DNA of 64,000 nucleotides from Candidatus Microgenomates bacterium (GTDB lineage Bacteria; Patescibacteriota; Microgenomatia; UBA8517), in NCBI GenBank assembly GCA_049523135.1, contig JBEKNE010000001.1, forward strand, positions 18,095 to 82,094, in the 5' to 3' direction. A program made the translations under genes and the position numbers. The notes below the pieces were generated by a model that was not told the origin of the DNA, did not search any database, and saw only the letters and a program-made list of their open reading frames with translations. Positions 47,531 to 55,771 of the stretch are shown here, piece after piece (positions within the stretch are counted from its first letter, which is position 1; each line of letters starts with the position of its first letter).

Positions 47531-48511
47531 TTATAAATCAAACAATTCTTTTCCGGGGAAAAATAAAGTGTCCGAGATTGAAGTAGCGTCTTGGGCCAAC
47601 ATAATAAGTCTATCAACCCCCACTGCAATCCCCGAAACTTTTGGTAAACCCGAAGCGAGAGCTTCAATTAAGTCCTCATCAATCGGGTAAATAGTCTTAC
47701 CCATTCTTTTTCTTTCTGCCAAATCCGCCTCAAAACGTTTTTTCTGTTCGGCGGCATCAGTAAGCTCCGAAAAGCAATTTCCTAGTTCCACCCCCGCCAG
47801 AAATACTTCAAATCTTTCAGCAAATCTCAGATCCTTCACCGGTTTAGAAAGAGATGCCTGGCTTAGCGGATAATCATAAATAAAATACGGTTTTTTCATT
47901 TCCTTTAGCTTTGGTTCAATCTCATTAAAATAAATCTTGTAAAAATCGTCATCACTTACTTTCAGCACATCCCATCCTGCGTATTTTTTAAAAATATCGG
48001 CAATTTTGAATCTTGGCCACGGCATTGTCAGATCATATATTTCCCCCTGATATTCCCATCTCGATAAATCAGATTCGGGATTGACCTTTTTAATAATCTC
48101 GCAAAACAGTTTCTCAAAATCCTCCATCACATTTCGGTAAGTCGCATTAATTCTGTACCACTCAATCATGGTAAATTCCGGATTATGAAGCGAGCTTACT
48201 TCTTCCTCGTTTCTGAAACATTTTGTAATTTCAAAACAATTCCCGATTCCGGCAGCCAGAAGTTTTTTTATTGAAAATTCAGGACTCATAATTAAAAATC
48301 CCTGCCGCCTTTTACCAAGAGAGGTTCGAAGTTCCGTTTCAAAAACCTCCAAGTTAGGTTCAATCGAAGGAATTGGAACCAAAACCGGCGTAAAGACTTC
48401 ACGGAAACCCCGTCCTTTAAAAAAGGCACGAATAGTGTCAATTACTTTTTCTCGAATCAAATATTGATTCAATATCTCCGGATTATTTTTGATTCTTTGC
48501 CATGTTTTCAT
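47531..48511 (-). CDS. epmA: EF-P lysine aminoacylase (EpmA/PoxA/GenX, LysRS-like)
   Basis: Class II aaRS catalytic core without an anticodon-binding domain. Directly upstream of efp. Confidence 0.8.
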   Translation of the reverse strand: MKTWQRIKNNPEILNQYLIREKVIDTIRAFFKGRGFREVFTPVLVPIPSIEPNLEVFETELRTSLGKRRQGFLIMSPEFSIKKLLAAGIGNCFEITKCFRNEEEVSSLHNPEFTMIEWYRINATYRNVMEDFEKLFCEIIKKVNPESDLSRWEYQGEIYDLTMPWPRFKIADIFKKYAGWDVLKVSDDDFYKIYFNEIEPKLKEMKKPYFIYDYPLSQASLSKPVKDLRFAERFEVFLAGVELGNCFSELTDAAEQKKRFEADLAERKRMGKTIYPIDEDLIEALASGLPKVSGIAVGVDRLIMLAQDATSISDTLFFPGKELFDL

Positions 48512-48532
48512 TTCACGCTATTATACATTTAT

Positions 48533-48913
48533 ATGCGCAAAAATATCATTATCAGGAGGGTTGCCAAAAAGGGCCGCGGGGTTTTTGCGGCACATGATTT
48601 TAAGACTGGTGAAGTTATCGAAAATGCGCCGGTTTTAATCTTTACTCCAAAGGAAAGAAAGCATTTGGAAAAAACCTTACTTAATTACTACATTTACCCA
48701 TGGCGAAGCACCCGCGGAGCGTCTTTAGTTCTTGGCTATGGCTCAATATATAATCACTCCTTCTCCCCCAACGCAGACTGGAAACAAAATTTCAAAACCC
48801 AAAGCATGGTTTACCGAGCCATAAAACCGATTAAAAAAGGTGAGGAAATTACCGTTAACTATAACGGTGAACCGGACGATAATACTCCGATAGATTGGTT
48901 TGAAATAGCCTAA
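48533..48913 (+). CDS. SET-domain protein (putative lysine methyltransferase)
   Basis: GRGVFA...NHSFSPN...EEITVNY motifs. Start at the ATG 48533. Confidence 0.7.
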   Translation: MRKNIIIRRVAKKGRGVFAAHDFKTGEVIENAPVLIFTPKERKHLEKTLLNYYIYPWRSTRGASLVLGYGSIYNHSFSPNADWKQNFKTQSMVYRAIKPIKKGEEITVNYNGEPDDNTPIDWFEIA

Positions 48914-48953
48914 CGGAAAACTGCTTTAGGTAATAAGGGCAAAGTGTGCTACA

Positions 48954-49451
48954 ATGAAAACTATGGGAAATTATGACAGAAACGACAGATCCTCAGGAGG
49001 ATTCCATCGTGGTGGCTTCGGACATGGCGGAGGCAGGAATTTCGATAGAGGCGGAAGACCTTCTTTTGGTGGCGGTAGAGGCGGAGACAGAGAAATGTTC
49101 AGTGCCGTCTGCAGTAACTGCGGAAAGGAATGTCAGGTACCTTTTAAACCAACCGGAAGTAAGCCGGTCTATTGCAGTGACTGTTTCGAAAAAATGGGTG
49201 GAGGAAGAAACGATTCAAGAAGGTTTGATGATAGGAGTCGCTCTCCCCAAGCTCAGAGTGGTCCAGATCTAAGCGCAATTAACGCTAAACTGGATAAAAT
49301 TTTAAATATCTTGGAGCCTAAAGTTGTTGCCCCTACTGTTCAAGCTCCGGTTGTTAAGGAAGAAAAAATTGTTGAGGAAATTAAACCTGAAAAAGTAGAG
49401 AAAAAGGCTAAAAAAACCACAAAGAAAGTAGCCTCGGAAAAGAAAAAATAA
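48954..49451 (+). CDS. RGG/Gly-Arg-rich protein with CxxC...CxxC zinc ribbon and Lys-rich tail (putative nucleic-acid-binding)
   Basis: GGFHRGGFGHGGGRNFDRGG repeats, then CSNCGKECQVPFKPTGSKPVYCSDCF, then a KKAKKTTKK tail. Confidence 0.5.
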   Translation: MKTMGNYDRNDRSSGGFHRGGFGHGGGRNFDRGGRPSFGGGRGGDREMFSAVCSNCGKECQVPFKPTGSKPVYCSDCFEKMGGGRNDSRRFDDRSRSPQAQSGPDLSAINAKLDKILNILEPKVVAPTVQAPVVKEEKIVEEIKPEKVEKKAKKTTKKVASEKKK

Positions 49452-49772
49452 ATTACTTCATTTAATAATTCCGCGGAATTTCTAAATCAAAATATTCAAT
49501 ATAAAGGCAATTGTGAAGAAAACCGCCCCGCCAAAACAAGGACTTAAGAACGGATTTTTAACATTTAACGGATAACCTCTTTTGCATTTTTTACCCTGTC
49601 TCCATGCAATAAACTCGCTCAGAAAGTTATACCATGCATAAAGGGTTTCGACTAAAAGTACATAAAAATTGAATCTTTACGATTGACATGATTTATGTAT
49701 ATCACGACTTCGGCACTTCAAAATATCTTTAAATTATATTTAATCGAGAAGAATTTAATACTAAAAACTAGG

Positions 49773-49970
49773 TCAGAGCCCGTTTCTTAAATGGATGTAA
49801 GCATAAATTCCAATTGCCACTAATTCTATGAGACTAAACAAAAACACTATTAAACCAACTGAATGTATTCTTGAATGTATTCCGTCATTTTTAATGGTGT
49901 AATACAACGCGAAATTATTAACGGATATAACAATTGTGGCAAAAATAACAAGTTTGGCTGCGGGGTTCAT
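49773..49970 (-). CDS. Hypothetical small membrane protein
   Basis: 65 aa with two TM helices. Confidence 0.3.
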   Translation of the reverse strand: MNPAAKLVIFATIVISVNNFALYYTIKNDGIHSRIHSVGLIVFLFSLIELVAIGIYAYIHLRNGL

Positions 49971-50043
49971 ATAAATATCTACTTACAGATACATTATCCC
50001 CCATTTCAAAAAGTAGTCAATTTTTGAGAATAGAGATACAAAA

Positions 50044-50232
50044 TTACTTTTTTAAAAAATCTATGAAAGGCCTAACTCCCAAAACCAACGCAATCACCAA
50101 AAACCAAGCCCAATGAATGTTCATTACCAAATTGGCAAATGCCGGCCAAGCGGAAACTACAAATAAAGTAAAAAACAGCACCGACCATTTTGTTAAACCC
50201 ACATCCCAAATTCCAAAATGCTTAAGTTTCAT
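50044..50232 (-). CDS. Hypothetical small membrane protein
   Basis: 62 aa with two TM helices. Has a 4-nt overlap with the next ORF. Confidence 0.3.
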   Translation of the reverse strand: MKLKHFGIWDVGLTKWSVLFFTLFVVSAWPAFANLVMNIHWAWFLVIALVLGVRPFIDFLKK

Positions 50233-50510
50233 TTTTCACCCCCTTTCCACCCAGCAGCTCGCATTGCGATAAACATAACAAGCATTCCAATAAGATAGCC
50301 CTTACAAGTTGCAACAAACTCATTAAATTGCGCCTGGCTACCGGTAAACCATGCAAGAGGCAACAAAATAGCCCACACCACAAGGATTAGCAGTACGAAG
50401 GGCCACAACGGATATTTCTTTTTCGGAAATCCCCTTCGCCACCAATTGATAAAACTTAAGAGTCCAAGGATAACAAATATTAGAGCGACTATTTGTGCTG
50501 GTGAAGCCAT
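50229..50510 (-). CDS. Hypothetical small membrane protein
   Basis: 93 aa with three TM helices. Confidence 0.3.
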   Translation of the reverse strand: MASPAQIVALIFVILGLLSFINWWRRGFPKKKYPLWPFVLLILVVWAILLPLAWFTGSQAQFNEFVATCKGYLIGMLVMFIAMRAAGWKGGEK

Positions 50511-50827
50511 ACGTTAAATATATACCCGATAAATTATGGCATCAATGATAATTGAAATACATAATGCTAACTAGCTCCCCTGTGGGATGCGATCTGCACA
50601 TTTGGCCTCCATTCTAACAGATTCATCGCGTAATCTTTGGAGATCTGAAAATTGGTAAATGTTTGACAGAAATCCGTTAACAATCAATACTTAATTGTTA
50701 CCAATTTGTAACTTAAATTGTGACAAGTTTTATAAGGAAAACAACTAGGATAACAACGAAATTTCTAACACCACTACTCATCGTTTTGACGCAGTTCTTT
50801 TTTTTGTTGTTCCATTAGTGGTTTTTA

Positions 50828-52099
50828 TTGATATTTATGAAGATTTTAACCAAAATTGTAGTACCTATATTGGTATTAGTTATTGCCGTAATGATCTTTG
50901 TTTTTATCAATGTAGTCAAAATACAAGCAGTGACACCACCAGACCGCGGGCTTGGAGCAGCAGATAGCTATGGCGTTTTTGGCAAAAATGGTGTTACAAA
51001 CTCCGGAGCCTCGACTCACATCTGGGGGAATGTCGGTGCTGATTCCTCTGTAAGCGGACTAATCCCGTCGCAAGTTGATGGAACTATTAATACTGGAGCG
51101 GGAGTTGCGGGAGTTCAAACAGATGCTTCATCAACATATGATAGCCTAATGTCGGCTACCCAGGGGACATCGACAGGTTTGGACTTAGCCGGAACCAACA
51201 CTATTACGCCTGGCGTCTACGATGTCGGTGCAAGCACATTAAACGGTACACTAACTCTTAATGGCGCCGGGGTTTATATTTTCCGCAGCTCTTCAAGCAA
51301 TACCACGAGTGGAGGAACAATGAACTTGATTAATGGCGCTTGTGCCAGCGATGTTTTCTGGGCGGTCTCTGCTTCAATGACTATTGGTTCTGGTTCACAT
51401 GTTGAGGGTACGATTATTGCTCAAACTGGCCTTATCTCGCTCGGAACTAATGCGAGTTTGGTGGGTAGGGCTATTTCACTCATTTCTCAGGTAACATTAC
51501 TTAGTAATCAAATTACCCAACCTGTTTGTGGTACACCAACACCCACACCTACAGCCACTCCGACACCAACACCTACACCCACATCAACGCCGACTCCTAC
51601 TCCCGCGGCTACTCTAATATCAACCCCGACACCAACCACATTTGTTACCACGTCATCGGGTGGTGTTAGTTTTGCAAATTGTCCAGCTCTTAGTGATCAG
51701 ATAGTTCCACCCAATATTATTGATTCAAAAAGAGTTAGCCCAACGAGCATCTTTATTAGTTGGGCGCCATATTCTGGAACAAATACTTTTAATGTTGAAT
51801 ATGGTACTACAGATGGAAACTGGGCATATAATACTGATGTAACAGGCTTTTCGACAACCCTTGGTTCTCTCCCGGCTAATGTCCCAATTTGGGTTCATAT
51901 TGCGGCAAGAAGTGATTGTAGAATAGGGAATTATGGTCCGGCTAAGCTTACTGGAGGTCCAGGCTTGCCAGATACTGGTTTTGCGCCTGATAAAAATAAT
52001 ATTTTATTGTATTTGGCGGCAGTAATTTTTGTAGGAGTTATGGTTTTAACCGTTTTGATTGAGAAAAAATACAAAGCCGATAATGGTACTTTTAAGTAA
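50828..52099 (+). CDS. Cell-surface protein: DUF3494 (ice-binding-like) domain + Thr/Pro linker + FN3-like region + LPXTG sortase anchor
   Basis: Signal/TM sequence. DVFWAVSASMTIGSGSHVEGTIIAQTGLISLG pattern of DUF3494. TPTPTPTATPTPTPT repeat. C-terminal LPDTG followed by a hydrophobic helix and KKYK. Confidence 0.7.
   Translation: MIFMKILTKIVVPILVLVIAVMIFVFINVVKIQAVTPPDRGLGAADSYGVFGKNGVTNSGASTHIWGNVGADSSVSGLIPSQVDGTINTGAGVAGVQTDASSTYDSLMSATQGTSTGLDLAGTNTITPGVYDVGASTLNGTLTLNGAGVYIFRSSSSNTTSGGTMNLINGACASDVFWAVSASMTIGSGSHVEGTIIAQTGLISLGTNASLVGRAISLISQVTLLSNQITQPVCGTPTPTPTATPTPTPTPTSTPTPTPAATLISTPTPTTFVTTSSGGVSFANCPALSDQIVPPNIIDSKRVSPTSIFISWAPYSGTNTFNVEYGTTDGNWAYNTDVTGFSTTLGSLPANVPIWVHIAARSDCRIGNYGPAKLTGGPGLPDTGFAPDKNNILLYLAAVIFVGVMVLTVLIEKKYKADNGTFK
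51533..51612 (+). repeat. Thr-Pro dipeptide repeat-encoding tract (ACNCCN)n inside the surface protein gene
   Basis: acacccacacctacagccactccgacaccaacacctacaccc... This is a coding low-complexity linker. Confidence 0.6.
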
Positions 52100-52112
52100 C
52101 CGCTGTGTTTTG

Positions 52113-52231
52113 ATGGAAGGCATCCTGCACATGTATGTGCCCCAGCTCATCGACGCTCTGGTCGACGACAAGGAAGTCGCCGAAGAAGCCAAGAGCTTTC
52201 ACAAAGAAGCGATGGACGCTTCCCGCAAATG
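52113..52231 (+). other. GC-rich 39-codon ORF remnant (MEGILHMYVPQLIDALVDDKEVAEEAKSFHKEAMDASRK), likely a foreign gene fragment
   Basis: Its local composition is conspicuously more GC-rich than the surrounding AT-rich genome. It has a coherent helical peptide but no upstream coding continuation. Confidence 0.3.
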
Positions 52232-52507
52232 AATTGCAAAGAACCTGAAGCAGATTTGACCCTCAAAAGTCATTTCGTAAGCCTTCAGGTTTTTTGTTGG
52301 GGAAAACCTAGGCGTAACCATCTATCACCGATGGTAAAATACGGATTTCAGGCATGCATTGATCGTAACTTTGTACGGATCAAAAACGACTGGCTCGAAT
52401 CATGGGACTCGTATCGAAAAGTAGATTGGATCAACGAGATCGAATACCCAGAGCTAACTTACCAGGAAACACAAAAGTTTTTATCAACAAAATTCCTGAG
52501 CAATTAA
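52229..52507 (+). CDS. Hypothetical protein in a compositionally atypical segment
   Basis: 92-aa ORF with no motif. Lies in the same atypical block. Confidence 0.3.
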   Translation: MNCKEPEADLTLKSHFVSLQVFCWGKPRRNHLSPMVKYGFQACIDRNFVRIKNDWLESWDSYRKVDWINEIEYPELTYQETQKFLSTKFLSN

Positions 52508-52532
52508 GTTACACCACCACCTAGCTCACGAC

Positions 52533-53285
52533 TTATTTGACTTCCTCTTCTTCTATCAACAGAGTTGGGTCTTGATTCGTATAGCCCCCATCAACAGTTA
52601 ATACTTGACCATTTATGTAGTCTGAATCATTAGACAGTAAGAATTTAATTGTATTCGCAATATCTTCAGGATGAGCAATCCTTTCAAGTGGGTTAGTTTC
52701 TGCCAGCCTGTCATAGAAGCTCTGGCTATTACCCTCGATCATAGGAGTAGAAACCCAACCAGGAGCAATTGAGTTAACCCTTATTTTCTTATCTCTAAAA
52801 AGCAATGAAAGCGATTTCGTCAAGGAATTGACACCCGCCTTGCTTGCTGCGTAGCTAGCCGTCACAGAGCCACCATAGTAAGAATCTGTGGAGCTGATCA
52901 TTACAAAGCGACCGTTGTGAGCCAAATTGTCGGATAAGAGTTTGGCTAAATAGAAGTTGCTGGACAAATTGACGGCAATGGTTTCATTCCAGATTTGAAA
53001 GTCCTCTTCGTTGTTCTTTCCTTCAAACCTAACTATGCCCGCACAGTTCACCAAAGCATAAATCTCTTCGCCTTTCAGCGACTGAGTAAACTCTTTAATT
53101 GAAGCAAGATCGGAAATATCAAGGCTAACCTCCTTAAAGTTAGTATTCTTTTGAAGTTCAGTAGCTTTGGTAGAGTTATTATGGCTAGTCCCAATAACAA
53201 AGTATCCCTCACTTAACAAGGTCTCTGCAACTTTGATACCTATTCCACCTGAACAGCCGATGACAATTACTTTTCTTTGTGACAT
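52533..53285 (-). CDS. SDR family oxidoreductase
   Basis: N-terminal VIVIGCSGGIG and a YxxxK catalytic motif (YAASKAG). Confidence 0.8.
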   Translation of the reverse strand: MSQRKVIVIGCSGGIGIKVAETLLSEGYFVIGTSHNNSTKATELQKNTNFKEVSLDISDLASIKEFTQSLKGEEIYALVNCAGIVRFEGKNNEEDFQIWNETIAVNLSSNFYLAKLLSDNLAHNGRFVMISSTDSYYGGSVTASYAASKAGVNSLTKSLSLLFRDKKIRVNSIAPGWVSTPMIEGNSQSFYDRLAETNPLERIAHPEDIANTIKFLLSNDSDYINGQVLTVDGGYTNQDPTLLIEEEEVK

Positions 53286-53295
53286 AGTAATAAAC

Positions 53296-53805
53296 CTATT
53301 TTACAACACTATAATGCAACTGAGTTAGACCCTCGCCTAACTCCTTCTGGTCAATAAATCTAAGTTTTAGATCAGTTTCAACACCCCCGAACAATTTAAT
53401 GCCATTTCCAAGAATCAGAGGGTGAACACTTAAAAATACCTCGTCAATCAGATTTTCTTTTATAAATAAACCATTTGTAGTTCCTCCCCCTATCAAAAGA
53501 GCTTCATTGTGACCTCTACCCTGAGCCAGTTTAACTGCTTCGCTTGGTGATTGAACATAAATAACATTATCATTTTGCGATTTAAGCGAAAGGTCAGATG
53601 TCAAAACGATGTTAGTTACACCTTTAACTGGATAGAGGTCTCCTTGATACTGATCAAAAGTCCTACGACCAACAAAGATACAGCCCTTTTCTTTTATCTT
53701 GTGCTCGAAGTTGACGGAATCTACAGGAGAAACCCAGTCAGAATCACCATCTTTCTTGGCGATAAAACCGTCAATAGAAACAGCCATGTAAAGTGTTATC
53801 TTCAT
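53296..53805 (-). CDS. Dihydrofolate reductase-like protein (RibD C-terminal domain family)
   Basis: MKITLYMAVSIDGFIA...GGG...L.DE pattern of the RibD_C/DHFR fold. Confidence 0.7.
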   Translation of the reverse strand: MKITLYMAVSIDGFIAKKDGDSDWVSPVDSVNFEHKIKEKGCIFVGRRTFDQYQGDLYPVKGVTNIVLTSDLSLKSQNDNVIYVQSPSEAVKLAQGRGHNEALLIGGGTTNGLFIKENLIDEVFLSVHPLILGNGIKLFGGVETDLKLRFIDQKELGEGLTQLHYSVVK

Positions 53806-54131
53806 AACTCCTCTTCTGATAATAAAGGATAAATATCAAAAGCTACTTCCTCATAAGGATGAACCTTTTTAATAGCAGCTATCACCATTTTAGCTTTATT
53901 TCTGTCACAAACGCATTCAACTCTTTCTTCAATCACTTCTTCAAACTTGCCAACCTCACCAATGAAAGGTTTAGCGCCTTCTGTTGGCTTGTATCTTCCA
54001 AATCCATCTATCGAGAAACTGCAATGGCTATAATTCCCAATTTTCCCAGCCCCCGCATCACCCATCGCTTGTCTTACGACATCAGTGTGAGTTTTAGGAA
54101 CAAAGACGACAATTTTTACAAGTTTACCCAT
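53802..54131 (-). CDS. Hypothetical small alpha/beta protein (CutA/PII-like HPYEE motif), start at MGKLVK
   Basis: 110 aa. KIVVFVPKTH... and C-terminal KVHPYEEVAFDIYPL. The start was chosen to abut the upstream SDR stop. Confidence 0.35.
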   Translation of the reverse strand: MGKLVKIVVFVPKTHTDVVRQAMGDAGAGKIGNYSHCSFSIDGFGRYKPTEGAKPFIGEVGKFEEVIEERVECVCDRNKAKMVIAAIKKVHPYEEVAFDIYPLLSEEEL

Positions 54132-54132
54132 A

Positions 54133-54876
54133 TTAAGTGTGATAACCCTCGTAGGGTTCTTTCCCTTTCTTGATAACAAAAACTTTACCAGTAATTCCAC
54201 TTGCTTCCTCTGAACACAAAAATACTGCATATTTACCAATCTCACTTGGATCGATGGCTTCTCCAAGATACTGGGGAAAATACTTTTTATAAGCCTCTGT
54301 AGCGGTATCAGAAGGAGAGATGGCGTTGACTTGGATGTCTTTATCTTTAAGTTCTTCGGCAAGCCCTATGGTTAAATCTTCAATGCCCTTCTTAGAAACA
54401 AAATACGGTAACCAGCCTTTTGCTCCATTTTCAAATGTCCCAGAGATGTTGATAATCTTTCCTCCTTTTGGCATTAGGGGAATAAAAGCGTGCGCAAGAA
54501 GCGTTGGCGCAGTTAAACCAACTGCGTAAGTATCAAGAATAACTTGTTTAGAAAAGGACTCAAAATCTTTACCTGCATAGACCTCATCCTTGCCATGCCA
54601 AATACCAGCTACATTCACCAGAATATCAACCTTATCCGTCCTCTGTTTTATCAGGGCAACAAGAGCTTCCAACGAATCAGGCTTAGTAAAATCCCCTAAA
54701 AACACTCCTGCTTGACCACCATTCTCAGCAATCAAACTCTTCGTTTTCAACAGCTTATCTTGAGTTCGACCAGCCAAAGCAATGAAGGCGCCTTCTTTGG
54801 CTAACTCAAGGGCAATTGCCTGACCAATACCAGTAGAAGAACCTGTAACAATAGCAAACTTGTTTTTCATTTTCAT
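54133..54876 (-). CDS. SDR family oxidoreductase
   Basis: AIVTGSSTGIGQAIA Rossmann motif and the catalytic Y/K. Confidence 0.8.
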   Translation of the reverse strand: MKMKNKFAIVTGSSTGIGQAIALELAKEGAFIALAGRTQDKLLKTKSLIAENGGQAGVFLGDFTKPDSLEALVALIKQRTDKVDILVNVAGIWHGKDEVYAGKDFESFSKQVILDTYAVGLTAPTLLAHAFIPLMPKGGKIINISGTFENGAKGWLPYFVSKKGIEDLTIGLAEELKDKDIQVNAISPSDTATEAYKKYFPQYLGEAIDPSEIGKYAVFLCSEEASGITGKVFVIKKGKEPYEGYHT

Positions 54877-54948
54877 AATTTAATACACCAATTTTACCAA
54901 GTTAAGTATAACTCTTTTAGCAGAAAAATTGTATAATTAAGTTGAGTT

Positions 54949-55143
54949 ATGCCGAAGAAAAACACGACCCTACCAAAGTTGTTAACTATCCGCCAGGCAG
55001 CGGAGATTTTGAATGTCCATGTGGAGACACTGAGACGGTGGGATAAGGCTGGAAAGTTAAAAGCTATAAGAGTGAATGAGCGTGGTGACAGGCGTTACGA
55101 TCCAAAAGACATTGAGGCAATTCTGAAAAATAAGGAGTTGTAA
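54949..55143 (+). CDS. Excisionase-family helix-turn-helix DNA-binding protein (MerR-type HTH_17)
   Basis: LLTIRQAAEILNVHVETLRRWDKAGKLKAIR pattern. 64 aa. Confidence 0.65.
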   Translation: MPKKNTTLPKLLTIRQAAEILNVHVETLRRWDKAGKLKAIRVNERGDRRYDPKDIEAILKNKEL

Positions 55144-55144
55144 T

Positions 55145-55471
55145 ATGGAAGATTTACAGCAAAAAATTGATGTTATCCTAAATGAAGAAAAAAGAGCATA
55201 TTCAGCCAATGGTCGCAGAGGTGGTCATTTAGGCAGTTTCAACATCGACATTGGAGATGGCTGGACTGATGCTTATCCGAAAGCTGGAGCGTATCCACAA
55301 CTTTTAGCAATCCCCGCAAACTTAGATGCCATACAGTCACCACAGGCAACCGTATTACTAAAACTTTATTCTTCAATCAACTCAGAAGACAAAATACAAT
55401 TTAAAAATACCCTGCTTTCTTACCTCTCCAAAAACACCTCCTTTTTTGAAATCTTTTCATATTCAACTTGA
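55145..55471 (+). CDS. Hypothetical protein
   Basis: 108-aa ORF starting 2 nt after the HTH gene stop. Confidence 0.35.
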   Translation: MEDLQQKIDVILNEEKRAYSANGRRGGHLGSFNIDIGDGWTDAYPKAGAYPQLLAIPANLDAIQSPQATVLLKLYSSINSEDKIQFKNTLLSYLSKNTSFFEIFSYST

Positions 55472-55662
55472 CGACTTTCGTCAATTTCTAAAGGAGATAA
55501 CAAATAATTCTGTAACATATATTCAGCAAGTTCTTTCGTGGATGTCCCTAAAATCTGGGAGGAGGATAGAGAGTTTATATCGTTTTGAACTGCTTTTTCA
55601 GCAGCTAGATAGTAATCACTGAATGTGGGGGTGCCAAAAGTTTGAATCGATTGAATTTTCAT
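55420..55662 (-). CDS. Hypothetical protein (convergent, overlaps previous ORF end)
   Basis: 80-aa ORF of weak support. Confidence 0.2.
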   Translation of the reverse strand: MKIQSIQTFGTPTFSDYYLAAEKAVQNDINSLSSSQILGTSTKELAEYMLQNYLLSPLEIDESRQVEYEKISKKEVFLER

Positions 55663-55771
55663 TTTAATTACTTATTTCCTTACCTGGATTATATTCCTTC
55701 TGACAAATGTTTATAAATGCTTGGAAGTTGCTATATAATACGCTTAGTTAGAGACCTAAAACTTTATAGTC

